Shown in pieces: positions 37,791 through 47,121 of a DNA stretch of 64,000 nt. This stretch comes from Acetobacteraceae bacterium. GTDB lineage: Bacteria > Pseudomonadota > Alphaproteobacteria > Acetobacterales > Acetobacteraceae. A program made the translations under genes and the position numbers. The notes beneath the pieces were generated by a model, which saw nothing but the letters and a program-made list of their open reading frames with translations, made no database searches and was not told where the DNA came from. Numbering within the stretch: the stretch's first letter is position 1; every line of letters starts with the position of its first letter. Location: positions 2,042,590 through 2,106,589 of the forward strand of contig OZ241182.1 of assembly GCA_965199595.1 (NCBI GenBank), read 5' to 3'.

Positions 37791-38677
37791 ACGCCTGGCG
37801 CGCCACGGCCGGCCTGCTGCTGGCTCTGACCGCGCTGGGCTGCACCAGGCGGGTGCCGACGCCAGCGGGCCCGGTGCATTACGTGGTGGGCAGCGGCTAC
37901 CAGGCGGGCGGCACCTGGTTTTACCCACGCGAGGATTTCCGCTATGACGCGACCGGGCTGGCGAGCGTTCTGCCGGACCGCAGCGGGGTGACGGCGGATG
38001 GCGAGGCGCTGGACGCCACCGCCATGACGGCCGCGCACCAGACATTGCAGCTTCCGGCCATCGCGCGGGTGACGAACCTGAACACCGGGGCACAGGTGCT
38101 GCTGCGCATCAACGACCGCGGGCCAGCGACGCCGTCCCGGGTGATCGGGCTGTCCCGCCGCAGTGCCGCGCTGCTGGGGATCTCAGGCGTCGGGCGCGTG
38201 CGGGTGCAGGTTGATGAGGGCATAAGCCAGGCGCTGCGTGAACAGCTGAATGGTGGGCCCAGGGTCCCCGTGACGGCTGCACCACGCGGGCAGGTGACCT
38301 CGGAGGCCCTGGCACCCCCCAGCGGCACGACCGCCTCTGGCCGGGTGCGGAGCGCGAGCGCCGCCCAGGCCGCCACGATGGACACAGTGACGGAGGCGGA
38401 CAGGGTGCCGGACCGTCTGCCGGAGACGGTGCAGCAGGGGGTGGCCGCGCCGGGTCAGCTGATGATCCGTGCCGGGTCGTTCAGCCAGATGCAGTATGCC
38501 GCGCGCGTGGAAGCCCGGCTTGCGCGGATCGGCGCCCGGATCGGGCGGGAGCGCGACGGCCGGTCGGAGCGGTATGATGTCCAGGCCGGGCCATTTCCCA
38601 CGGTGGCCGCGGCTGATGCGGCGCTGGACCAGGCGCTGCGTGCCGGCGTATCCGATGCGCGCATCGTCGTCGAATAA
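37787..38677 (+). CDS. rlpA: Septal-ring lytic transglycosylase RlpA-family lipoprotein with C-terminal SPOR domain
   Basis: GTGA overlap with the preceding gene. Lipobox LTALGC, DPBB core AAHQTLQLPAIARVTNLNTGAQVLLRINDRGP, SPOR-like C-terminus. Confidence 0.85.
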   Translation: MNAWRATAGLLLALTALGCTRRVPTPAGPVHYVVGSGYQAGGTWFYPREDFRYDATGLASVLPDRSGVTADGEALDATAMTAAHQTLQLPAIARVTNLNTGAQVLLRINDRGPATPSRVIGLSRRSAALLGISGVGRVRVQVDEGISQALREQLNGGPRVPVTAAPRGQVTSEALAPPSGTTASGRVRSASAAQAATMDTVTEADRVPDRLPETVQQGVAAPGQLMIRAGSFSQMQYAARVEARLARIGARIGRERDGRSERYDVQAGPFPTVAAADAALDQALRAGVSDARIVVE

Positions 38678-38689
38678 CGGAGTCGAGCC

Positions 38690-39907
38690 GTGTTGAACCG
38701 TCGTTTGCTTCTGGCCGCCCCACTCCTGCCCGTTGCCGCCGTGCCGCTCAGTGCACCCGCGCTTGCCCAGGCTAGGCCACGTGTTGCCAGCCGCCGGGTG
38801 CCGCCAGCGCCGCCGCCGACCGGCAGCCCGGCAACCACGCCGCTCGGCCCGCTCGACACCGCGGCCAAGTGGGCGATCGTGCTGGACTTCAACACGGGCG
38901 CCACGCTGCTGGACAAGGAGGCGGATACCCCGATGCCGCCCTCCTCCATGACCAAGCTGATGACGGCCTACATCGTCTATTCCATGCTGAAGTCCGGCCG
39001 TCTGCAGCTGACCCAGGAGCTGCCGGTCAGCGAGAAGGCCTGGCGCATGCAAGGTTCCAAGATGTTCGTGCCGTTGAACGGCACGGTGAAGGTGGAGGAC
39101 CTGATCCGCGGCATGATCGTGCAGTCCGGCAATGACGCGTGCATCGTGCTGGCCGAAGGGATTGCCGGGTCCGAGGAGCAGTTCGTCGAGCTGATGAACG
39201 CCCGAGCGAAAGAGATGGGGCTGCAGGCCGCCAACTTCCGGAACTGCACCGGCTGGCCGGATCCGGAGCAGCGGATGTCCTGCCGCGACATCGCCACCGT
39301 TGCCCGGCGCTTGATCACGGACTTCCCGGAGTACTATCGCTACGACAGCGAGAAATCGTTCAAATACAATAATATCTCCCAAGATAATCGCAACACGCTG
39401 GTGCAGAAGGGCATCGCGGATGGTCTCAAGACCGGCCATACCGATGCCGGCGGGTATGGACTGGTGGCGAGTGCACAGCGCAGCGGGCGCCGGGTGATTG
39501 TGGTTGTGAACGGCTGCACCTCCATGCACCAGCGCGGCGAGGAGGGCGAACGGCTGCTGGAGTGGAGCTTCCGCGAATTCGAGAACGTGACGCTGTTCAC
39601 CGCCGGTGACACGGTGGACAACGCAAAGGTGTGGCTTGGCAGCAGCGCGATCGTGCCTCTGGTGGGCGGCCGCGACCTGGTGCTGACCATGCCGCGGCAG
39701 TGGCGCCGCAGCGCGAAGATCTCGGTGGAATACCCGAGCCCAATTCCTGCGCCGATCAGCCGGGGTGATGTGGTGGGTAAGCTGATGGTGTCGGGTCAGG
39801 GGGTGCCGTCCATGGACGTGCCCTTGCTGGCTGGGGCGGACGTGACACGGCTTGGCTTGCCGGGCCGGGCCATCGCGGTCGTGTCGCGCTACGTCACCGG
39901 GTCCTGA
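38690..39907 (+). CDS. D-alanyl-D-alanine carboxypeptidase (S11, PBP5/6-like)
   Basis: SxxK (SSMTK), SxN (SGND) and KTG (KTGHT) motifs, plus a signal peptide. Confidence 0.9.
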   Translation: MLNRRLLLAAPLLPVAAVPLSAPALAQARPRVASRRVPPAPPPTGSPATTPLGPLDTAAKWAIVLDFNTGATLLDKEADTPMPPSSMTKLMTAYIVYSMLKSGRLQLTQELPVSEKAWRMQGSKMFVPLNGTVKVEDLIRGMIVQSGNDACIVLAEGIAGSEEQFVELMNARAKEMGLQAANFRNCTGWPDPEQRMSCRDIATVARRLITDFPEYYRYDSEKSFKYNNISQDNRNTLVQKGIADGLKTGHTDAGGYGLVASAQRSGRRVIVVVNGCTSMHQRGEEGERLLEWSFREFENVTLFTAGDTVDNAKVWLGSSAIVPLVGGRDLVLTMPRQWRRSAKISVEYPSPIPAPISRGDVVGKLMVSGQGVPSMDVPLLAGADVTRLGLPGRAIAVVSRYVTGS

Positions 39908-40508
39908 CCACCTGTTCATCACGCTGGAAGGCGGCGAGGGCGCCGGGAAGAGCACCCAGGCGCGTTTGTTGGCAGCGGCCCTGGCGGAGGCAGGCCGAGC
40001 CGTTCTGCTGACGCGCGAGCCTGGCGGGGCGCCGGGCTCGGAGGCATTGCGGGCGATGCTGCTGGGCGGCATTCACCGCTGGTCACCAGCCGCGGAAACC
40101 CATCTGCATTTCGCGGCACGGGCGGAGCACCTGGCCTGCACGATATTGCCTGCCCTGGACGCTGGGCTGACGGTGGTGTGCGACCGCTTTGCCGATAGCA
40201 CCTTGGCCTATCAGGGATATGGGCTTGGTGCGGAGCGGCCTCTCATCCTGGAGCTGACGCGCCTCCTGCCGCGCCGGCCGGACCTGACACTCGTGCTGAC
40301 GGTGAGCCCGACACGAGCGGCGGAACGGATCGCAGCCCGGCGCCAGCCGCTCGATCACTACGAAACCATGGACGCCGCCTTTCATGCCCGTGTCGCGGCA
40401 GGGTTTGCCGAGATCGCCCATACCGAGCCGCAGCGCTGCCGCGTGATCGATGCGGATCGGGGCATCGCGGCTGTGCACGCCTCGATCATGACGGTAGTTG
40501 CATGTTAG
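39852..40508 (+). CDS. tmk: dTMP kinase
   Basis: P-loop LEGGEGAGKST. The only canonical in-frame start is TTG 39852, which overlaps dac by 56 nt. A CTG at 39912 would give the usual short N-terminus. Confidence 0.85.
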   Translation: MACRAGPSRSCRATSPGPDHLFITLEGGEGAGKSTQARLLAAALAEAGRAVLLTREPGGAPGSEALRAMLLGGIHRWSPAAETHLHFAARAEHLACTILPALDAGLTVVCDRFADSTLAYQGYGLGAERPLILELTRLLPRRPDLTLVLTVSPTRAAERIAARRQPLDHYETMDAAFHARVAAGFAEIAHTEPQRCRVIDADRGIAAVHASIMTVVAC

Positions 40509-41488
40509 CGCCGCGTGAGAACCCTATGATGTTTGGACATAATGCCGCACAGGGCGCGTTTGCGGACGGCTTGAGGGCGGGGCGTCTGCATCACGCATGG
40601 CTGCTCACCGGATCGCCCGGCGTGGGGAAGGCGAGCCTCGCATTTCGCATGGCCCGGCAGTTGCTCTCACCCGACGCCGATCCGAACGACCCGGCCAACC
40701 CCGTGTTCCGGCGGATCGCCCATGGCAGCCATGCCGACGTCCTGACCATCGAACGCGAGACGGATCAGAAGACGAAGAAGTTGAGGCGCGAGGTTGCCGT
40801 CGACCAGGTGCGTGATGTCGCCGGTTTCCTGCACCTCACCCCGGCTGAAGGCGGCTGGCGTGTGGTGGTGGTGGACGGTGTCGAAACCCTGAACCGGAAT
40901 GCCGCGAATGCCTTGCTGAAGGTTCTGGAGGAGCCGCCCCGGCGCGCGATCCTGCTGATGACGGCTGATGCGCCAGGCCGGCTGCTGCCGACCATCCGCA
41001 GTCGCTGTCGGCAACTTCGGCTCGACGGCTTGGCGCCGCCGGAGATGCACGACGCGCTGCAGGTCCTGCTGCCGGACCTTGATGAGGATACCCGGTCTGC
41101 GTTGATGGTGTTGGGGGATGGATCACCGGGCCGGGCGGTAGCCTTGGCCAGCGAGGGTGCCGTGGTGCTGTCCGGAATGGTGCGCGACGTGCTGGCGACG
41201 CCGTCGCTTCCCGTGAGCCGAATGTATGAGGTGGCCGAGCGCGTGACGCGGACCGAGGGTGGGTTCGAGACCTTCATGGCACTGCTGCAGGCCGGGGTGG
41301 CAGACGCGGTGCGCGGGGCGGCCCGGTCTGGGGCTGCCGCCCTTGTGCGCCGGCCTCTGGCGGAATGGGGTGAAGTGTGGCACGCGCTGGGACACCTGCA
41401 GAATGAAACCGAGCGGTTCAACCTGGATCGGCGCACCGCCGTAGTCTCTGGGTTGCAGCTGCTGACGAAAGCCGAACAGCTACAATGA
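40502..41488 (+). CDS. holB: DNA polymerase III delta-prime subunit
   Basis: HAWLLTGSPGVGKASLA, clamp-loader AAA+ fold pattern, overlaps tmk. Confidence 0.85.
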   Translation: MLAPRENPMMFGHNAAQGAFADGLRAGRLHHAWLLTGSPGVGKASLAFRMARQLLSPDADPNDPANPVFRRIAHGSHADVLTIERETDQKTKKLRREVAVDQVRDVAGFLHLTPAEGGWRVVVVDGVETLNRNAANALLKVLEEPPRRAILLMTADAPGRLLPTIRSRCRQLRLDGLAPPEMHDALQVLLPDLDEDTRSALMVLGDGSPGRAVALASEGAVVLSGMVRDVLATPSLPVSRMYEVAERVTRTEGGFETFMALLQAGVADAVRGAARSGAAALVRRPLAEWGEVWHALGHLQNETERFNLDRRTAVVSGLQLLTKAEQLQ

Positions 41489-43023
41489 AACCAACCTACT
41501 ATATCACGACGCCCATCTACTACGTGAACGGCGCTCCCCATATCGGCCATGCGAACACCTCGGTTGCCGCCGATGCGCTGGCCCGATGGAAACGGCTTGA
41601 CGGCTATGACGTGCTGTTCCTGACCGGGACTGACGAGCATGGGCAGAAGGTGGAGAAGGCAGCGGCGGATGCCGGGGTGGGGCCGCAGGCCTTTGTGGAC
41701 GCCGTCTCCGGGCAGTTCCGTGCCATGGGGTCGCTGATGAACCTGTCAAACGACCAGTTCATCCGCACCACCGAGCCGCGGCATCATGCTGCCTGCCAGG
41801 CGCTCTGGAGCCGGTTGCAGGAACGGGGGGAAATCTATCTCGGTGAATATGCCGGCTGGTATGCCGTGCGTGACGAGGCGTTCTATGCCGAGGACGAACT
41901 CGCAACCCGGGCAGATGGCATTCGTGTGTCCACGGCGACGGGCGCGCCCGTCGAATGGGTGACGGAGCCGTCGTATTTCTTCCGGCTGTCCGCCTGGCAG
42001 GACCGGCTGCTCGCCCTGTATGAGGCGGTGCCGGACACCGTCATGCCGCAGGCGCGGCGCAACGAGATCATCAGCTTCGTGCGCAGCGGCCTCAACGACC
42101 TCTCGATCAGCCGCACCAGCTTCCGTTGGGGCGTGCCGGTCCCTGGTGATCCGGCGCACGTGATGTACGTGTGGCTGGACGCCCTGGCCAACTACCTGAC
42201 TGCAGTAGGATATCCGGATGAGAACGCCGAATTGTGGCGGTTCTGGCCTGCCGACCTGCACCTGGTCGGCAAGGACATCGTCCGCTTCCACACCGTATTC
42301 TGGCCGGCATTCCTCATGGCCGCCGGGCTCGAGCCGCCAAAGGCTGTATTCTCAACGGGTTGGTGGACGGTGCGTGGCGAGAAGATGAGCAAGTCGATTG
42401 GCAACGTCATCTCGCCGGACGAGCTTGTGGCCAAGTACGGCGTCGATCCCGTTCGGTTCTTCCTGTTGCGCGAAGTGCCGTTCGGGAATGATGCAGATTT
42501 CAACGACGCAGCTTTGATACGTCGCATGAACAGTGAGTTGGCGAATGATCTTGGCAACCTCGCGCAGCGTACGCTGTCTCAGGTCGCCAAGAACCTTGGC
42601 GGCATCCTACCTACGCCGGCGACCCCCAGGGAGGCGGATCGTGCGCTGCTCGATGCCGCAGCCGCGTTGCCGGACGCGCTTCGGGACATGATGAACCGGC
42701 AGGCGTTAAGCGAGGCGATCGAAGAGGTGTGGAAGGTGATCCGGGCGGCCAACGCCTATATCGACCACCAGGCGCCCTGGGCTCTTCGCAAGACTGACCC
42801 GGTGCGCATGGCCGACGTTCTCCGCATTCTTGTGGACGTGATCCGCGCCGTCGCGACCGTGTTGCAGCCGGTGATGCCGGACAGCATGGCGCGCATGCTG
42901 GACCAGTTGGCCGTGCCGAACGAAGCCCGGGACCTGGCAGCCTTGTCGGTGCCGCTGCCCGCCGGGTTGACGTTGCCGCCGCCATCCGGCGTGTTCCCGC
43001 GGTATGTCGAGCCTGTGGCGTGA
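41485..43023 (+). CDS. metG: Methionine--tRNA ligase
   Basis: HIGH (PHIGHA) and KMSKS motifs; ATGA overlap with holB. Confidence 0.95.
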   Translation: MKPTYYITTPIYYVNGAPHIGHANTSVAADALARWKRLDGYDVLFLTGTDEHGQKVEKAAADAGVGPQAFVDAVSGQFRAMGSLMNLSNDQFIRTTEPRHHAACQALWSRLQERGEIYLGEYAGWYAVRDEAFYAEDELATRADGIRVSTATGAPVEWVTEPSYFFRLSAWQDRLLALYEAVPDTVMPQARRNEIISFVRSGLNDLSISRTSFRWGVPVPGDPAHVMYVWLDALANYLTAVGYPDENAELWRFWPADLHLVGKDIVRFHTVFWPAFLMAAGLEPPKAVFSTGWWTVRGEKMSKSIGNVISPDELVAKYGVDPVRFFLLREVPFGNDADFNDAALIRRMNSELANDLGNLAQRTLSQVAKNLGGILPTPATPREADRALLDAAAALPDALRDMMNRQALSEAIEEVWKVIRAANAYIDHQAPWALRKTDPVRMADVLRILVDVIRAVATVLQPVMPDSMARMLDQLAVPNEARDLAALSVPLPAGLTLPPPSGVFPRYVEPVA

Positions 43024-43796
43024 TGCTGATCGACTCGCACTGTCATCTTGACATGTTTCCGGAGGAGGAGCGCGCGGACCTTGTCGCGCGAGCCGTCGCA
43101 GCCGGTGTGATGGAGATGGTGACGATCGGCACGCGGCTGGGACAATCGCGCCAGCTCATCGAGCTTGCATCGAAGTTCCGGAACGTCTGGTGCACGGTGG
43201 GCGTGCATCCTCATAATGCGGGGGAGGGGCCGCCATGCGACCCTATGGCACTGGCAGCCCTGACGCGGCACGAGAAGGTCATCGGGCTGGGTGAGAGCGG
43301 GCTCGACTATTTCTACGACAAGGCGCCGCACGCCGCGCAGCAGGCCTCGTTCCGCGCGCACGTCCGGGCGGCGCAGATCTCGGGCCTGCCGCTGGTTATC
43401 CATGCCCGCAACGCTGACGAAGATATTGCGCGAATGCTGAAAGATGAATGGGATGCGGGTGGGCCGTTCAAGTTCCTGCTGCATTGTTTCAGCTCTGGCC
43501 GAGCCTTGGCCGAGGTCGCCTTGGCACTGGGAGGCAGCCTCAGTTTCTCGGGCATCCTGACCTTCCCCAAAAGCCAGGAGATTCGTGACATCGCTGGCGA
43601 TGCGCCGGCAGACCGTATCCTCGTGGAAACTGACGCTCCCTATCTGGCACCCGCCCCGTTTCGTGGGAAGCGCAATGAACCGTCCTATGCCGCTGCGACC
43701 GCAAAGGTGCTGGCCGGGGTTCGTGGCCTGTCTCCCGATGAGCTTGCGGAGCTCACCACGGCGAACTTCCGTCGCCTGTTCTCAAAGGCGGCCTGA
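43023..43796 (+). CDS. tatD: TatD-family metal-dependent hydrolase/DNase
   Basis: IDSHCHLD motif. ATG 43023 overlaps the metG stop; ORF-track GTG 43020 is the alternative. Confidence 0.85.
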   Translation: MLIDSHCHLDMFPEEERADLVARAVAAGVMEMVTIGTRLGQSRQLIELASKFRNVWCTVGVHPHNAGEGPPCDPMALAALTRHEKVIGLGESGLDYFYDKAPHAAQQASFRAHVRAAQISGLPLVIHARNADEDIARMLKDEWDAGGPFKFLLHCFSSGRALAEVALALGGSLSFSGILTFPKSQEIRDIAGDAPADRILVETDAPYLAPAPFRGKRNEPSYAAATAKVLAGVRGLSPDELAELTTANFRRLFSKAA

Positions 43797-44587
43797 TGCC
43801 GCGCGTCACCATGCTCGGCTGCGGCGGTTCGGCCGGCGTGCCGCAGATCGGCGGTGCCGACGGCCGCGGCGACTGGGGCGCCTGTGACCCGGCAGAGCCC
43901 CGCAACCGGCGCACCCGCTCCAGCATCGTGATTGAACAAGGCGGCCGCCGGCTGCTGATCGACGCATCACCGGACCTCCGCCAGCAGCTTATTGCCTGTG
44001 GCATCGCGTCGGTCGATGGCATTCTGTTTACCCACGCCCATGCCGACCATGTGTTTGGCATCGATGAGATCCGGATCCTCAATCGTGTGATCGGCCGCCC
44101 GCTGGACACCTATGCGACAGAGCGGACGCTGGGCGAGCTGAACCTGCGGTTCGACTATGCCTTCCGGCCATGGCAACCGCCCACGTTCTTCCGGCCGGTG
44201 CTGGTGCCGCACACGGTGCACCCGGGGGAGACGATTTCGGCAGGCGGGATCACCCTCGAGCTGTTCGAGCAGGACCACGGGTTCATGCCGACTCTGGGCC
44301 TGCGCGCCGGCGGCTTCGGCTACTCGACAGACGTGGTTCGCATGGACGAGGCGGCGCTGCGCACGTTGGAAGGCGTGGACACCTGGGTGGTCGACTGCTT
44401 TCAGCGCAATGGACACAACACGCACGCCAACCTGAACCAGGTGCTGGCCTGGGCCGAACGGATCAAGCCGCGGCGCACCGTGCTGACCCATATGGGACAC
44501 GACCTGGATTGGAGCTGGCTCATCGGACGGCTGCCGCCGGGGTTTGAGCCCGGCGCGGATGGACTTGTGCTGGATGTGCCCGACTGA
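43796..44587 (+). CDS. MBL-fold metallo-hydrolase (PhnP-like)
   Basis: HAHADH motif; start overlaps the tatD stop. Confidence 0.8.
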   Translation: MPRVTMLGCGGSAGVPQIGGADGRGDWGACDPAEPRNRRTRSSIVIEQGGRRLLIDASPDLRQQLIACGIASVDGILFTHAHADHVFGIDEIRILNRVIGRPLDTYATERTLGELNLRFDYAFRPWQPPTFFRPVLVPHTVHPGETISAGGITLELFEQDHGFMPTLGLRAGGFGYSTDVVRMDEAALRTLEGVDTWVVDCFQRNGHNTHANLNQVLAWAERIKPRRTVLTHMGHDLDWSWLIGRLPPGFEPGADGLVLDVPD

Positions 44588-45420
44588 TGACCGACAATAC
44601 TTTCCATAATTCCCATTATCGGACTGATGCGCCAGACGGCAGATCTCCGGAGGCCGAGCTGTCTCGCCTGCTCGACGTCATGGCTCAACTCCGCGATCCC
44701 GCAACGGGTTGCCCGTGGGACCAGGTTCAGACATTTGAAACGATTGCGCCCTACACCATCGAGGAAGCCTACGAAGTGGCCGACGCCATCGCTCGGCGCG
44801 ATATGGCGCAGCTGCCGGATGAACTCGGCGATCTGCTGTTTCAGATCGTCTATCATGCGCGCATGGCGGAAGAAGCCGGGCTGTTCGGGTTTGGCGAGAT
44901 TGCGCGGGTGATCACCGACAAGATGATACGCAGGCATCCCCAGGTCTTCCCTGGAACTGCGGGACCGCGGTCTGCCGATTGGGAAAGCGGCAAGCGCGCC
45001 GAGCGTCAGTCACGGTCCGAACATCGGGTGCTGGACGGGATTTCCGCAAACTTGCCGAGCCTCACGCAGGCACTCAAGATTACGGCCCGGGTGGGCCGGA
45101 TTGGGTTTGACTGGCCTGACGCTGAGTCGGTGATCCTCAAGCTTGAGGAAGAGATCGCCGAGGTGCGTGCGGAGCTCGCGGATCGGAACCCTGTCCGGCT
45201 GGCAGACGAGGTTGGAGATGTGTTGTTTGTGGTAGCCAATCTGGCCCGCAAGCTGGGCCTCGATCCCGAGCGCTGCCTTCGTGATGCCAACGCCAAGTTC
45301 ACATGTCGTTTCAACGCCGTGGAGGAGGCTTTGGCGAGTCGCGGGCTTACCCCGGCGGATGCGTCCTTGCCCGAGATGGAAGCCGAATGGATCGAAGTCA
45401 AGGCGCGGGAATGCCGGTAG
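44587..45420 (+). CDS. mazG: Nucleoside triphosphate pyrophosphohydrolase MazG
   Basis: Tandem MazG domains (EEAYEVADAI; EVGDVLFVVANLAR); start overlaps the preceding stop. Confidence 0.9.
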   Translation: MTDNTFHNSHYRTDAPDGRSPEAELSRLLDVMAQLRDPATGCPWDQVQTFETIAPYTIEEAYEVADAIARRDMAQLPDELGDLLFQIVYHARMAEEAGLFGFGEIARVITDKMIRRHPQVFPGTAGPRSADWESGKRAERQSRSEHRVLDGISANLPSLTQALKITARVGRIGFDWPDAESVILKLEEEIAEVRAELADRNPVRLADEVGDVLFVVANLARKLGLDPERCLRDANAKFTCRFNAVEEALASRGLTPADASLPEMEAEWIEVKARECR

Positions 45421-45452
45421 GCTCGCCTTTCAGACGGGATCGGGCGAGGCGC

Positions 45453-46742
45453 TCACTCGTTCCGTTCGAAGCGAGCCTTGTTCGCGGGCAACAACCGAAT
45501 GGTCAGCCGGGTCCCCTCCTCCGCGTCCACACGGTCCAGAACCTCGCCATGCTGATACAGCCAGGCAATCCTCGCCCCCTCCATCGGGGAAATCAGATAG
45601 GTCGCCACGACCATCCCGGCCGAGATACGCGCATCGATGGCACGTGCCAGGCCGTCCAGGCCCTCGCCGGTGATGGCAGACACCGCAACGCAGTTCTCGC
45701 GCGGCGTGATCTGAGCCGTGCCACCCAGGAGGTCGGCCTTGTTCAGCACCTCGATGGTGCGGGTGCGCCAGGCCTCGTCCAGCGTGCCGTCGCGAACCAT
45801 GCCGTCCAGCACCTGGATCACGTCGTTCCGCTGCGACGTCGTATCCGGATGCGCGACGTCGCGGACATGCAGGATCACGTCGGCTTCAGCCACCTCCTCC
45901 AGCGTGGCACGGAATGCCTCCACGAGTTCCGTCGGCAGGTCACTGATGAACCCCACCGTGTCCGACAGGATGATCCGACGGTTTGACGGCAGGTCGAGCC
46001 CGCGCATCGTCGGGTCCAGCGTCGCGAACAGCTGGTCCTCGGCGTGCACGGCGGACCCGGTCATGGCATTGAACAGGGTGGACTTCCCGGCATTGGTGTA
46101 GCCGACCAGCGCCACGATGGGATACGGCACCCGGCTGCGGGCGCTCCGATGCAGGCCGCGGGTGCGGCGCACCTGCTCCAGCTCCTTCTTCAGCCGCACG
46201 ATCCGGTCGCCGATCAGCCGGCGGTCGGCCTCGATCTGGGTTTCACCAGGGCCACCCAGGAAGCCGAAGCCGCCGCGCTGCCGCTCAAGGTGGGTCCAGG
46301 ACCGAACCAGCCGGCTGCGCTGGTATTCGAGGTGCGCCAGTTCAACCTGCAACGCACCCTCCTTGGTCTTGGCGCGCTCACCAAAGATGTCCAGGATCAG
46401 CCCGGTGCGGTCGATCACCTTGCAGTCCCACTCGCGCTCCAGGTTGCGCTGCTGCACCGGGCTCAGCTGCGCGTCGACCACGGCCACGCTAACAGCCCCG
46501 GCCCTGATCGCCTCTCCCACGTACGCCGCCTGCCCCTCCCCGATCAGCGTCGAGGAGCGCCGGGCGCGGAGCGGGATGATCGCCGTGTGCACCGCGACGA
46601 GCCCGATGGACGACGCCAGCCCCACGGCCTCGGCCAGCTGCGCCTCCGCCGCGCGCGAGGCGTCCTGCCGCCCTGGTTTCTCCCATGGCAGGACGATCGC
46701 GGCGCGGGTGGGTGCGCCACCGATATTACGCGACTGGGTCAG
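45453..46742 (-). CDS. hflX: GTPase HflX
   Basis: G1 [10 protein letters not shown]3 DTVGF, G4 NKAD. The frame is open and HflX-like ([11 protein letters not shown]...AEAVGLA) upstream of the first canonical start (GTG 46625). The proposed start is CTG 46742, behind an AGGAGG. Confidence 0.85.
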   Translation of the reverse strand: MTQSRNIGGAPTRAAIVLPWEKPGRQDASRAAEAQLAEAVGLASSIGLVAVHTAIIPLRARRSSTLIGEGQAAYVGEAIRAGAVSVAVVDAQLSPVQQRNLEREWDCKVIDRTGLILDIFGERAKTKEGALQVELAHLEYQRSRLVRSWTHLERQRGGFGFLGGPGETQIEADRRLIGDRIVRLKKELEQVRRTRGLHRSARSRVPYPIVALVGYTNAGKSTLFNAMTGSAVHAEDQLFATLDPTMRGLDLPSNRRIILSDTVGFISDLPTELVEAFRATLEEVAEADVILHVRDVAHPDTTSQRNDVIQVLDGMVRDGTLDEAWRTRTIEVLNKADLLGGTAQITPRENCVAVSAITGEGLDGLARAIDARISAGMVVATYLISPMEGARIAWLYQHGEVLDRVDAEEGTRLTIRLLPANKARFERNE

Positions 46743-47004
46743 TCGCTGCCTCCTGGCTCACCGGCACCTCCACCTTGGTGGGATCGAACAACTGAATCGG
46801 CGCGCCTGGCATCACCGTGCTGATCGCGTGCTTGTAGACCAACTGGGTGTGCCCATCCCGGCGCAGCAGCACCGAGAAGTTGTCGAACCAGGTGATGATG
46901 CCCTGCAGCTTGACGCCGTTGACCAGGAATACGGTCACCGGGGTCTTGGCCTTGCGGACGTGGTTCAGGAACACGTCCTGAACGTTCTGGGCTTTTTCGG
47001 CCAC
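46726..47004 (-). CDS. hfq: RNA chaperone Hfq
   Basis: [69 protein letters not shown] 47004 is preferred over ORF-track 47079. Confidence 0.95.
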   Translation of the reverse strand: MAEKAQNVQDVFLNHVRKAKTPVTVFLVNGVKLQGIITWFDNFSVLLRRDGHTQLVYKHAISTVMPGAPIQLFDPTKVEVPVSQEAATDPVA

Positions 47005-47121
47005 GTATCGTGTCCTTTGTTGTCCAGCCCGGGTTGATCCCCGTTGCCGGAAGGTTATCCCGCCTCCAACGGACGGCATGTCATGTCTAGCGAATGGCGT
47101 GCCAGGGGCAAGCGGACCCTG

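Noticed and set aside
43023-45420. TatD nuclease + MBL hydrolase + MazG as a possible nucleotide-depletion or nuclease defence module.
   Set aside because: They sit in a tightly overlapping housekeeping string, tmk-holB-metG-tatD-MBL-mazG, an order I recall as conserved in Alphaproteobacteria. There is no composition shift or mobile-element signature.
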